DNA of 37,877 nt, taken from the IMG/VR virus record IMGVR_UViG_3300039916_000017, positions 1-37,877 of that record; one strand, given 5' to 3'. Position numbers and translations under genes: made by a program. The notes below the pieces were generated by a model, which saw only the letters and a program-made list of their open reading frames with translations, did no database searches and was not told the DNA's origin. This stretch comes from a virus. Taxonomy: Duplodnaviria; Caudoviricetes. Shown here piece after piece: positions 17,326-27,700 of the stretch. Positions within the stretch are counted from its first letter, which is position 1; the number at the start of each line of letters is the position of its first letter.

Positions 17326-19416
17326 ATGGCCCCGACTCTGCGTCAAGTTGCTACCGGCACGCACATCCCGAACATGTTGGCATCAGGCGGGGCAAACGTG
17401 ACTTCATGCTCACGTACGCCACACATTCTGATGAGCAGTTTGTCGTCAATCGCAATCGTGCTGCCAAACTGGTACGTGGGTGGGCAGTCTGAACTTGCAG
17501 CTGGATCGACAACCTGGGCAGCCTCGATCGAATACCCGGCCGGTACCTTTCAGCAGGTTCTATTCGGCGGCGCTCCCTCGGTCACCTCGAACAGTGGCGG
17601 CAATATCGTTTCTGATCAGATGCCGATCTCAATCCCAAAAGGGGCTAAGTTTTGGGTCCGCCTTTATCAGAATGCCCCCGGGAAGGTGGTCTACTTCAAC
17701 TGGTATGCGGGCGATGGCACGGCGCAGTTTTCATCGCCGTCTTCCGATGTAACTATGGGCGGCTCGCTGACGGTGACTAATCCCGGGGCGTTCTCCTCGA
17801 TTACAGTTCCAATTGCCATTATTGGCATGTCGTCAGACCCCGCAATCGGCGTCTACGGCGACAGCATCTCCGTTGGCCGTGGCGACACTGCTGACGTCGG
17901 CGTGCCGTTGCAGGGCCATTTGGGACGCGCATTTGGTGGTGTCTATGCCACCGGCCACGTTGGCGTTTCTGGTGATCGCATGTCCGCCTTCCTGGCGGGT
18001 GGCTCGAAGCGCATGTTGCTGGCGCAGTATTTCACGCACGTTGCCGTCAACATGGGCATCAACGACATCACCAACGGCAGCTCGGCGGCAACAGTGGCCA
18101 GCGATACCAACGCCGTCGTGGCGCTGTTCTCGCCCAAACCAGTGGCCTTGTGCACTTTGTCGCCGGTGACCACCTCAACGGATACTTGGGCGACAACTGC
18201 CAATCAGACGCCTGTCGCAACTAACGGCGTTCGTATCACTGAGAACACCAGGCGACTGGCGGGCGTACCGGGCGCGAAGGTCATTTATGACGTCAACCAG
18301 GCTGTCGAAACGGTTGCATCGCCAGAGAGCGGCATATGGAAAGCGCCGAACTACACCACGGACGGCACGCACCCTGCCGCAATTGGCTACAAAGCAGAAG
18401 CAGCGGCTATCAACGTGGCGATGCTTGTCGCGGCAGACGAAGACACCACAGCTCCCGTAATGACCGGCGCGATCACCGTTTCAGCCATCACCACGTCGGG
18501 CGCCACGCTAGCATGCCCGGCGGCGACCGATGCTGTCGGCGTCGCTGGCTATGAATGCAGCATCGACGGTGGCACGAGCTACAGCGTGATCGCCAATGCC
18601 GGTCGGTCGGTGGCGGTTTCTGGCCGGCCTGCAGGCACCGCACACTCGGTGCGAATGCGCGCTTTCGACGCCGCTGGTAACCGCGCCACGCCGCTGTCGA
18701 CGAGCTTCACCACGCTGGTTGAGCAGCCTGCGCAGAATGCAGTGGTGGCCACGACGGTGGCAGAATCCCGCCGGGTCGCATTCCCGGGCGGTACCCGCGT
18801 GGTGGCGTTCGGCAGCGTGCCGAGCGCGCGGGTGCCCAATGCCCCGTGGCTGGAAGCAGGGCGGTGGTGGAGCGAGAAGCACCCGCTCGACGAGCGCTAC
18901 TGGGTGGCTGACATGACGATCGATCTGGCCGAGCGTGGCACTACCGCTGTGAAGGTCGAGGCCATCGTCGCCGGGGTGACAGTTCTTCAGGATCCCGTCA
19001 TCCAGGGCAATCTAATCCCGATAAAGCTGGGCGGGTTCAATGCAGCGACAAACGCAGTCAACTTCTGCACGTTCCGCGTCACGTGTGCGGACGGCCAGCG
19101 GTTCGACAGGACGATCGGGTTCAAGCAACCAGCCGGTGCCTGGTGGATCGACAAGGACGCCGACGACCAAAGCTATTACGTGGCCGATATCGGTAACGAC
19201 CTGATCGACAGCGGCACTACTGCTATTGCTGTGAAAGCGTTTCCGGTTGGCGTGGTTGAGCTGGTGTCGGCTGTAATTCAGGGTTCTTTAATACTGGTGA
19301 AGTTGGGCGGGATGGACTCGTTGCCGGCTGGAGTCAATTACTGCGATTTCCGCATCGACTGCGCCAACGGCGAGCGCTTCTACCGAAGCATTCAATTTAA
19401 TAGGGTGGACAACTGA
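17326..19416 (+). CDS. Multidomain SGNH/GDSL esterase + FN3 + two tandem adaptor-like domains; probable virion accessory protein
   Basis: YGDSIS, GVSGD, MGIND and DGTHP; FN3 DTTAP...RAFDAAGN; duplicated domain of about 90 aa at the C-terminus. Confidence 0.85.
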   Translation: MAPTLRQVATGTHIPNMLASGGANVTSCSRTPHILMSSLSSIAIVLPNWYVGGQSELAAGSTTWAASIEYPAGTFQQVLFGGAPSVTSNSGGNIVSDQMPISIPKGAKFWVRLYQNAPGKVVYFNWYAGDGTAQFSSPSSDVTMGGSLTVTNPGAFSSITVPIAIIGMSSDPAIGVYGDSISVGRGDTADVGVPLQGHLGRAFGGVYATGHVGVSGDRMSAFLAGGSKRMLLAQYFTHVAVNMGINDITNGSSAATVASDTNAVVALFSPKPVALCTLSPVTTSTDTWATTANQTPVATNGVRITENTRRLAGVPGAKVIYDVNQAVETVASPESGIWKAPNYTTDGTHPAAIGYKAEAAAINVAMLVAADEDTTAPVMTGAITVSAITTSGATLACPAATDAVGVAGYECSIDGGTSYSVIANAGRSVAVSGRPAGTAHSVRMRAFDAAGNRATPLSTSFTTLVEQPAQNAVVATTVAESRRVAFPGGTRVVAFGSVPSARVPNAPWLEAGRWWSEKHPLDERYWVADMTIDLAERGTTAVKVEAIVAGVTVLQDPVIQGNLIPIKLGGFNAATNAVNFCTFRVTCADGQRFDRTIGFKQPAGAWWIDKDADDQSYYVADIGNDLIDSGTTAIAVKAFPVGVVELVSAVIQGSLILVKLGGMDSLPAGVNYCDFRIDCANGERFYRSIQFNRVDN

Positions 19417-19622
19417 TGATCGACGCATCCAAATTTCCCAGCGTGCCGGCAGTACCCGTTGCTGATCTTGGCCAGCCGCCATCTGGCCGGATTGAAAGTA
19501 CCGCGACTGAGCGGGAGAAAACTAAGTTGGGCGCTCAAGAGGGTGAACAAAACGGAGGTCTGGCGCCGAAGCAAATGGCGCTCCAAGATGGCCGCTATTA
19601 CGTTGTGACCGTCGGCAAGTAG
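19416..19622 (+). CDS. Hypothetical protein (68 aa)
   Basis: TGATG coupling to the esterase gene. Confidence 0.6.
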   Translation: MIDASKFPSVPAVPVADLGQPPSGRIESTATEREKTKLGAQEGEQNGGLAPKQMALQDGRYYVVTVGK

Positions 19623-19636
19623 CTGCTTGAAAATTA

Positions 19637-19678
19637 TTCTCAGCTTTTAAAGAGTTGAGAATCGGAAATCCGCATCAT
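19637..19678 (+). promoter_or_regulatory. Late promoter 2 (capsid/tail genes)
   Basis: TTCTCA-GCT-TTTAAAGA, 19 nt, then CATCAT. Confidence 0.75.
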
Positions 19679-19684
19679 GTGGAT

Positions 19685-21769
19685 ATGACGACGCCAACCA
19701 ATCAGCCAACTGCAGCTCGCTCCGCTACCGATCCCCGGAACATGCCGCCACTCTCGCGTGGCGCGGAGCTAGTTCCAACCACGTTCAACGAAGCCGACAA
19801 CACCATTGACGTCGTCTGGACGACAGGTGCGATGGGTCGGCGTTACGACTGGTACAACGATACCACGTACGACGAAGAGCTGGTCGTCACGCCCGAGTCC
19901 GTTGATATGACACGCTTCGAAAAAGGAGTCGTTCAAGTCATCGACAACCACGATATCCGGGGTGGCCTCAAGTCCATCCTCGGCATCGCCATTCGCGGCA
20001 GCATTCAGAACGGCGAGGGGAGTGCAACGCTGCGTCTGTCGAATCGGCCCGAGCTTGCCGGAATCGTCGCCGACATCAAAGCCGGCATCATCCGCTCTGT
20101 CAGCTTTACTTACCGCGTTTCAAAATACGAAATCACCCGCGCCATCGACCGTACCGATGGCATCAACGTGCCGCTGTATCGCGCCGTCGCGTGGGAGCCG
20201 TACGAGATCAGTTTCGTGACCGTTCCGTTCGACGCTGGCGCAAGTTCGCGTAGCGCGCCGCAGGACGGTCACCCATGCGAATTCATCACCCGGGCGCCCG
20301 CCCTTTCTGCTCCATCCAACCAGGACGACAACATGACCATTGCTACCCAATCGGGCGCCCCGAATCCAGCGCCTGCCGACCCAACCCGCGCTGCTCCTGC
20401 GCCAGCCCCAACACAAGTGTCGCCGCCAGTACAAGCACTCGCTGGCCCGACTGCCACGGACGACGCAGCCTCGCGCGCTGCACAAGAAGCCATGACCCGC
20501 TCCGCTGACATCATGGAACTGTGCGCCCGCCATGGCGTCACCGTTCTGGCCGCCGGCCTGATCCGTGGCGGTAGCTCTGTCGATCAAGCACGCGCAGCCG
20601 TGCTGGACGAAATGGCCCGCAACTCCACCGCAGGCGGCGGTCACCTGAACACCCGCATCCAGCTGATCGGTGACGCACAGCAGACGCGCTTCGCCGGTAT
20701 GGAAGAAGCGATCATGCACCGCGTGTGGGCTGGCACCAAGATCACCGAGCACGGCAAACAGTTCCGCGGCATGAGCCTACTGGAACTGGGCCGCGACTTC
20801 CTGGAAGAGCGCGGTGTTTCGACGCGTGGCATGGACCGTATGCGCCTGGCGACCGAGATGCTGACCTTCCGTTCGGGCATGCACGGCACCAGCGACTTCG
20901 CAGCGCTGTTCGGCAACGTCGCCAGCAAACGCATGCGCGATGCCTACGTCGAGAACGCCGGCACCTACACGCAGTGGGCGCGCCGCGCGCCGAATGCTCC
21001 TGACTTCAAGAACATCAGCATCGTGCAGCTGTCCGGCGCGCCTGAGCTGCTGCAGACCAATGAGCACGGCGAATTCAAATACGGCAAGATGAACGACGCT
21101 GGCGTGTCGTACTCACTGGTGACCTACGGCCGCATGGTATCGCTCACCCGCCAAGCCATCATCAATGATGACCTGCGTGCATTCGAGCGCCTGGTCTCGG
21201 CGTTCGGCGCAAGTTCGAGCCGCCTGGAAAACCGCTTGGTGTACAGCCAACTGACGGGCAACCCGACGATGGGCGACGGCAAGCAGCTGTTCGATACCGA
21301 CCACAAGAACATTGGCACGGGTGGTGGCTCGGCCCTGTCGCTGGCGGCATTGAAGGCCGGCCGCACTGCAATGCGCCTGCAGAAGGGCCTGCAAAACGAA
21401 GAGCTGAACCTGGCGCCGAACTTCCTGATCGTCCCGGCTTCGCTGGAACAGGATGCCTACGCTCTGACCAGCGCGAACTACGTGCCGGCCAAACAGAGCG
21501 ACATTAATGAATTCCGCAGCGGTGGCCGCACGGCTGTCGAGCCGATCGTCGAACCGATCCTCGACGCCATGAGCCCCGACGCATGGTACCTCGCCAGCAA
21601 CAACAGCCAGGTCGACACCGTCGAGTACTGCTACCTGGATGGCGCAGAAGGCCCGGTCATCGAGAGCCAAAACGGCTTCGAGATCGACGGCGTGACCTGG
21701 AAGTGTCGCCTCGACTTCGCGGCCAAGGTCGTGGACCACCGTGGTCTGTATCAGGGCGTCGGCAAGTAA
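19685..21769 (+). CDS. Prohead protease-scaffold-major capsid fusion protein
   Basis: Protease DNH, GIIRSVSFTY, WEPYEISFV; Pro/Ala-rich linker; capsid TSDF, PDFK, EHGEFKYG, TRQAIINDDL, RLDF...DHRGLY. Confidence 0.93.
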   Translation: MTTPTNQPTAARSATDPRNMPPLSRGAELVPTTFNEADNTIDVVWTTGAMGRRYDWYNDTTYDEELVVTPESVDMTRFEKGVVQVIDNHDIRGGLKSILGIAIRGSIQNGEGSATLRLSNRPELAGIVADIKAGIIRSVSFTYRVSKYEITRAIDRTDGINVPLYRAVAWEPYEISFVTVPFDAGASSRSAPQDGHPCEFITRAPALSAPSNQDDNMTIATQSGAPNPAPADPTRAAPAPAPTQVSPPVQALAGPTATDDAASRAAQEAMTRSADIMELCARHGVTVLAAGLIRGGSSVDQARAAVLDEMARNSTAGGGHLNTRIQLIGDAQQTRFAGMEEAIMHRVWAGTKITEHGKQFRGMSLLELGRDFLEERGVSTRGMDRMRLATEMLTFRSGMHGTSDFAALFGNVASKRMRDAYVENAGTYTQWARRAPNAPDFKNISIVQLSGAPELLQTNEHGEFKYGKMNDAGVSYSLVTYGRMVSLTRQAIINDDLRAFERLVSAFGASSSRLENRLVYSQLTGNPTMGDGKQLFDTDHKNIGTGGGSALSLAALKAGRTAMRLQKGLQNEELNLAPNFLIVPASLEQDAYALTSANYVPAKQSDINEFRSGGRTAVEPIVEPILDAMSPDAWYLASNNSQVDTVEYCYLDGAEGPVIESQNGFEIDGVTWKCRLDFAAKVVDHRGLYQGVGK

Positions 21770-21810
21770 GTCGCCGCTGCCAGCCCATCCATCCATCACA
21801 GGAATCGAAC

Positions 21811-22143
21811 ATGAAGAATTTCATCCAGACCGGCGACACGCTCACCGTCATTGCGCCAGCCAACGTGCTGAGCGGCCAGGCGGTACTGGTCGGCGCACTC
21901 TTCGGCATCGCCGGCAACGACGCCCTGCAGGGTACTCAGGTCGAGATCAAGCGCACTGGCGTGTACTCCCTCGCGGCTACAACTGCCGACACCGGCGCGG
22001 CCGGCGCGAAGATCTACTGGGACAACACCGCGAAGCGTCTGACCACGACCGCCACCAACAACACCCTGGTCGGCGCATTGACCGCAGCCAAGGGCGGCAC
22101 CGAGACCAGCGCGACCGTGCTGCTCGACGGCGTCATCCGCTAA
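21811..22143 (+). CDS. DUF2190-like capsid decoration/cement protein
   Basis: MKNFIQTGDTLTV...GAKIYWDNT; follows the capsid gene. Confidence 0.85.
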   Translation: MKNFIQTGDTLTVIAPANVLSGQAVLVGALFGIAGNDALQGTQVEIKRTGVYSLAATTADTGAAGAKIYWDNTAKRLTTTATNNTLVGALTAAKGGTETSATVLLDGVIR

Positions 22144-22152
22144 CTCACGCGC

Positions 22153-22449
22153 ATGCTCTTCGCCAACCTCCAGCTGGCCGCGAACAGCGCCGTCCTGAAT
22201 CACCTGGCTAACAAGCAGGTGACGATCGGCGGCGCGGTCGTGCCGGGCATCTTCCGCAACCTGGCCAGCGAAGCGCAGCTGGGCATGGGCGTGGCGTCCA
22301 GCAGCCCGGTCGTCACCGTCGCGAGCATCGCCGTGATGGCTGAACCTGTCGGGCATGAAATCACGATCGACGCGGTGCGTTACGAGATCGTCGACGCCGA
22401 CCCGGACAACACCGGCCTGACCATTCTCACGCTGACAGTGGCCGCATGA
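22153..22449 (+). CDS. Head-tail joining protein (gpFII-like)
   Basis: Size, position and C-terminal PDNTGLTILTL. Confidence 0.7.
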   Translation: MLFANLQLAANSAVLNHLANKQVTIGGAVVPGIFRNLASEAQLGMGVASSSPVVTVASIAVMAEPVGHEITIDAVRYEIVDADPDNTGLTILTLTVAA

Positions 22450-22877
22450 GGACCGCGTTCGCAAACATCGTGAGCGCAGTCATCGCGGCGCTGGAGGCGC
22501 AGCCGCCCGTGTGCAACGCAATCTACCGCGCACGAGCCATGGCAGTGCCAGACCAAGACAAGCTGGCGATCAGCGTGCAGTGGGACCAGTCGGTGCCAAC
22601 CGGCGGCACGATCAACGGAGCGCCCATCGACTGGACGACTCGTCTCACCGTCGAATGCTATGCAAGCGGCACGAGTGAGAGCGGCGACCTCGCGGTCGAC
22701 CCGCTGCTCAAGGCTGTGTTCGCACGCTTGGCCGCCAACTCTACCTTGGACGGCGTCGTCACCGATCTGCAGGTGATCGGCGTTGAAGCAGAGAACACGA
22801 CGGACGGAAAGAAAACCGGGTGGGTCCGACTCACCTACACCGCAGATCACCGCACCAGCAACTTCACATTGAGCTGA
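22446..22877 (+). CDS. Tail terminator-like protein
   Basis: Size and position between the head closure and tail tube genes; ATGA coupling. Confidence 0.6.
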   Translation: MRTAFANIVSAVIAALEAQPPVCNAIYRARAMAVPDQDKLAISVQWDQSVPTGGTINGAPIDWTTRLTVECYASGTSESGDLAVDPLLKAVFARLAANSTLDGVVTDLQVIGVEAENTTDGKKTGWVRLTYTADHRTSNFTLS

Positions 22878-22878
22878 C

Positions 22879-23064
22879 ATGAATATCGACAAGACCCCAA
22901 TCGCGCTGCCCGATGCGCGCGAAATCCCGCAGCCGCCTGGCGGTGGTTCCTGGACGTTTGACCAAGATCGCTGGGAGTGGATCTCGAACGATCCGGTCCC
23001 AGTCCCTGCCGACGAAACCCCAGCTGCAGCCGTCGATTACGACGGCTCGGCCAACCAGGAGTAA
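22879..23064 (+). CDS. Hypothetical protein (61 aa)
   Basis: Fills the gap with 1-bp and 3-bp spacing; GGGSW motif. Confidence 0.65.
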   Translation: MNIDKTPIALPDAREIPQPPGGGSWTFDQDRWEWISNDPVPVPADETPAAAVDYDGSANQE

Positions 23065-23067
23065 GCG

Positions 23068-24030
23068 ATGCCCCGCCTGATCAAGAGCACCCTCGTCACA
23101 GCCAAAGTGCAGACGACCCCCGGCGTGGATGCGGCGCCAACCGGTGCGGCTAATGCCGTGCTCATGTCGGAAGGCAGCATCACGCCGCTCGACGCGCAGG
23201 CTATCGACCGCTCGCTGATCCGTGGCTACTTCGGTGGCAGCGAGCAGCTGGTCGGCCCAGCCAGCGTCAAGCTGACGTATGCGGTCGAGCTGGCTGGTTC
23301 CGGCGTGGCCGGCACCGCGCCGGCCTGGGGCCAGCTGCTGCAGGGCTGCGCCGTTGCCGAAGGTCTGCTGGCCTCCCCGGCGCGAGTGGAATACACCCCA
23401 GTGTCCACGTCGCTCAAGATGCTCACCCAGTACTACTACGATGATGGCGCGCTGCACAAGCTACTGGATTCGATGGGTAACTGCACCCTGTCTGCAAAGG
23501 TGGGCGAACGCCCGATGCTGCGCTTCGAGTGGACCGGCCTGGACGGCGGCATCGCTGTGGTCCCGAATGCCACCGGCGTCTTCACGCCGTGGAAGAAGCC
23601 TGTCGCCATGACCAAGGCGAACGTCATCGACATCACGCTGGGCGGTACGTACGCTGCCGGTGCGCTCAGTGGCGGCACTGTCTACAACAGCACCGGCCTT
23701 GAACTGAACTTCGGCAACGTGGTGAACTTCAGCGCGATGCTCAGCACCGAGACCGTTGATATCTCGGACCGCCAGTCGACTGCAACGCTTGAGCTGGAAC
23801 TGACGGCGGCGCAGGAGGTCGCGATGATGGCGTCGGTCAAGGCCAACGAGACGCAGGCATTGGGCTTCACCATCGGCACCGCTGCCGGCAACAAGGTACT
23901 CGTCTTCGCACCCGCCGCCCAGTTGACCAATCCGCGCAAATCGGAACTGAACGGCAAGCGCCTGATCGGCTTCGACGTTCGCCTGGTCCCGGTCAACGGC
24001 AACGACGAGTGGCGCATCGTCGTCCTGTAA
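23068..24030 (+). CDS. Major tail tube protein
   Basis: 320 aa, beta-rich, VELAGSGVAGTAPAWG, ends GNDEWRIV; upstream of the chaperones and tape measure. Confidence 0.85.
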   Translation: MPRLIKSTLVTAKVQTTPGVDAAPTGAANAVLMSEGSITPLDAQAIDRSLIRGYFGGSEQLVGPASVKLTYAVELAGSGVAGTAPAWGQLLQGCAVAEGLLASPARVEYTPVSTSLKMLTQYYYDDGALHKLLDSMGNCTLSAKVGERPMLRFEWTGLDGGIAVVPNATGVFTPWKKPVAMTKANVIDITLGGTYAAGALSGGTVYNSTGLELNFGNVVNFSAMLSTETVDISDRQSTATLELELTAAQEVAMMASVKANETQALGFTIGTAAGNKVLVFAPAAQLTNPRKSELNGKRLIGFDVRLVPVNGNDEWRIVVL

Positions 24031-24066
24031 CGAAAACCCTCACATTTACAACTGAAAGGAAACGCC

Positions 24067-24399
24067 ATGGCGTTCAAACTCGTACGGCTGAACAAACTCC
24101 CTGTCCGCGTCAAGGGCGCGCTGCCAGGCGAAGACGGCAAGCCTGTCGCCTTCGACTTCACCCTGCACTGCAAGCGCCTTACCCAGGCTGAAATCGACAG
24201 CGTCATGAAAGACAAGCAGGGCGAGGTCAAGGGCTTCGTGCAAAACGTCGCTGAAGGCTGGGATGGCGTCTTGGATGCGAGCGGCGAAGCAGTACCCTTC
24301 GCCCGCGAGCAACTCGACCAGATGATCGATAACGCTGGATTGCCGATGCTGATCATGCACGCATACCTCGAACAGGTATCGGCCACAGCAAAAAACTAA
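24067..24399 (+). CDS. Tail assembly chaperone (gpG-like)
   Basis: Between tube and tape measure; ends AKN-stop on a slippery site. Confidence 0.85.
   Translation: MAFKLVRLNKLPVRVKGALPGEDGKPVAFDFTLHCKRLTQAEIDSVMKDKQGEVKGFVQNVAEGWDGVLDASGEAVPFAREQLDQMIDNAGLPMLIMHAYLEQVSATAKN
24390..24396 (+). other. Programmed -1 ribosomal frameshift site A AAA AAC
   Basis: X XXY YYZ heptamer just before the stop; the -1 frame is open into 24408..24761. Confidence 0.85.
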
Positions 24400-24407
24400 C
24401 GGAGGTC

Positions 24408-24761
24408 GTGCGCCTGATGGCGCGCGGCCAAATCGAGTTTGGCACCGATGCTCCAGCTGAACACGATCACGTCAATGAAGCGCTTGCCGCCATGGGCCTT
24501 TGCGCCGAGGGCGGCGTAGCGCTGCAGGAAGATGAGTACTGGCTTTGGCCAGAGAACGACGAAGCCTTTTCTATGTGGCTCGCGGTGCAGACCCAGTGGA
24601 GCGCTGGGATGGGCGGGGCGACCGGTCTGAATTACCCCGGCGTGGAAACATGTCTCCGACTACGGGGACTGAAAAAGAAGGCGCAGCAGAAGCTCTTTCT
24701 GCTGATTCAAATGATGGAGCGCGCTTGCTTGGAAGAGTGGGCGCATAAGAGAAACAGCTAG
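24408..24761 (+). CDS. gpT-like chaperone extension (DUF1799-like)
   Basis: LWPEN, TQW, GLNY motifs; lies in the -1 frame relative to the upstream gene. Confidence 0.85.
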   Translation: MRLMARGQIEFGTDAPAEHDHVNEALAAMGLCAEGGVALQEDEYWLWPENDEAFSMWLAVQTQWSAGMGGATGLNYPGVETCLRLRGLKKKAQQKLFLLIQMMERACLEEWAHKRNS

Positions 24762-24769
24762 GAAACCTC

Positions 24770-27700
24770 ATGACCTCCCCACGCGCACTTATTGAAATGG
24801 TTGTCGACGGTGCTGCTGAAAGCCGCCGGCGCGTGGAGAGCGTTGCTGATGCGCTGCGCCAGATGAATGGCCAGTCGCTTCAAAATATCTCGAACCAGAT
24901 GAACTCGCTGAACGACCGGTTCACTGGGTTGCAGTCGACCATCGGTAATGTCACGTCGTTCGCAATCGCTGGTGTATCGCTGGCTACCCTCGGCAGTAAG
25001 GTAGTCGGCGTCCTCGATTCAATGGGCGAACTGGACGATCTGTCACAGAAGATCGGTACCAGTGTCGAAAGCCTGTCGCGCATCCAGCGAGTGGCCAAAA
25101 CGTTCGGCGTGGATTTTGCCGGGACTGTCGATCCCGCTATGGTGAAACTGGCGCGCAACCTCACGACCGTTGACGACAAGTCGAGCAGGACTTCCAAAGC
25201 ACTGGCGGCTATTGGCGTATCAGCTAAAGACAGCGCCGGTAAGCTGCGGGACCCTGGCCAGGTCATGATCGAAGTTGCCAAAAGTCTCGCGCAGTACGAA
25301 GACGGTGCCGGAAAGGCTGCTGTCGTAACTGACCTGTTCGGCAAATCCGGCGCGGACCTTCTGCCATTCTTGAATGACCTGGCAGACAACGTCGATAAAT
25401 TTTCCGGCGTTACCCCAGAGGCAGTTAAGCAAGCAACTGACTTGCAAGACAAGTTCGGAATGCTGAGCCAGCGCACAGATCAAGCCTTCACGTCGATCGT
25501 AACGGCGGCATTGCCCGCGCTGACCGGTCTGTCGGAAGGTTTTACCGATGTACTCGAAGCGCAAGACGGCCTGATCGACAATGGTGAAATTGCCGAGTGG
25601 GCTGGGATGGCTGCAATGGGGATCGCTCGTGTAGCTGACGTCGCAGTACTGGCAGTCCGTGGATTTTCAGCTCTCGCAAGTAGCGTGGAAGTAATCACCG
25701 CCGACCTTGAGGTGCTGTGGACGGCCTCTCCTGCGAACATGGGCCTCACCTTGGCCAAAGGTGGATCGCCTCTTGCTGACCTGAAAAAGGTGGTCGCTGA
25801 GCGAAATCAAGTTTTGGAGGCTGCTAATGCGAAATGGTCAGCGTTCTACAACGCTGACGGCAATATGTTCGAACAGGCAGTTAAAAAAAGACTGTCTGCG
25901 AAAGCTGTTGATGCAAAGCCGCAGGCAGACGAAAAGCCGAAAGATAAAGATCTCAACGGCTACAAGCCCGGCAGCGACGCCGCAGACAAGGATGCAGAGA
26001 AGCAAGCCAACGCCTATCAAAATCTGACGAAAGCCATTCAGGCAAAGATCGTTCAGGCCAATCTCGAACTTAGTGCAGGCGCCCCCTTGCTCGCGAGCCA
26101 GCAGGAGCAGCTCAGCTTGACCGAACAATTGGCTGAGATGAAAGGAAAGCTCACTCCTATTCAATATTCCTATCTGGAAAGCCAAGCCAAGGAGCTTGTC
26201 ACGAAACTGGAGGTAATCGAATCGAACAAGCGTGCGGCGGCAGGTTTGGAGTCATACAGCAAGATGAGGGCTGCGTATGAAACCAGCGTAGCCAAGGCGA
26301 TTGAGAATGCAATCACTGAGGCAGACCGTAATGAAGAACTTGCCCTGACATTCGGTAAGACAAAAGGCCAGATTGAAGCGTTAGAGCTGGCGCGCCTGGA
26401 AGAGCAGCTGGCGCAACGATCGTCGCTCGGTTTGACTCTGGACGAGATTGAGAATTTAGAAAAGCTGATCGCCGCGAAGAAACGCAGCGCGGTTGCGACT
26501 GGCCAAGTTGATATATTCACCGCCGGAAAGAAGGCCGCTGAGAGTCTCGACGAGTTCCTTGACCCTGCCAAGGCACAGTCGTTCGGCGAAGCCCTACGCG
26601 AATCGCTTGGGGGCGCCGGCACCGCGCTGTCCGCATTGACATCTACGCTCGACGGATTCGGCAAGCGGCAGGCAGCGATCGATGAGCAACGGCAAAATGC
26701 GGCGCTCGCGTTCTCCAGCGGTCAGCGTACCGAAATGGAGAACATGCAGGACCTCGCGCGTCTGAGCGAGATGGAAACCAAGAACCGACTATCCGGATAC
26801 GGCGACATGGCGGGCGCTGCGGCTGGCTTCTTCGGCGAGCAGAGCCGTGGGTACCAGGCGCTAATGACGGTGTCTAAAGTATTCCATGCGGCCGAGTTGG
26901 CGATGACGATGGCCGAGCTCGTGCCGAAGGGCATTGCTGCGGTGTTGGGGCAGGGCGCTGGTGACCCATATTCGGCACCAGTGCGCATGGCTGCAATGGC
27001 GGCAATCGTTGCTGGCTTGGGTGTGGCCATTGGTGGCGTTTCGGGCGGCAGCAGCGTGAGGCTGTCTGAGTCCCGCCAGAAAGAGCAGGGCACTGGCACT
27101 GTGCTGGGGTCGGACGCGAAGTCGGGGTCGATCGCACGCGCGCTGGCCGAGATCGAGCAGTCGTCGCAAGACACACTCGGCGTGAACAACGATATGCTGA
27201 TCTCGTTGCGCAACATCGAGTCGGGCATCGGCCAGTTCGCATCGCTGCTCGTGCGCACGACGGGCGTGACCGGCGAATTCGGCAAGGACATGAATAAAAA
27301 CGTGTTCGACTCGAAGGCGATCGGCATTGGGGGTGCTGCGGCTGGCGGTATTGGCGGTGCAATGGCTGGCGCCTACGTCGGTATGGGTACCAGCCAGATC
27401 GGTCTGCTTCTTGGCGGCCCTATCGGTATGGCTCTGGGCGCCGTGCTGGGCGCTGCCATCGGCAAGACTTTCATCGGCAAGGCGCTGGGCAGCGTCTTCG
27501 GCGGCAAGCAAACGGTGGAAGACACCGGCTTCACGCTGGACAAATCGAGCTACGGTAGCATTCTTACGGGTGGCGTCAACGCGTCCCAGTACGCCGACGT
27601 GAAGAAGGACGGTGGCTGGTTCGGCAGCGATAAGACCAGCGTGAAGATGGAAGGGCTGGGCGCCGAAGGAAATCGCCAGATCACTAGCGTACTCACCTCG

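Noticed and set aside
21811-22143. RecA/RadA-like recombinase (a common label for DUF2190)
   Set aside because: 110 aa, no Walker motifs, located after the capsid gene; a structural role fits better.
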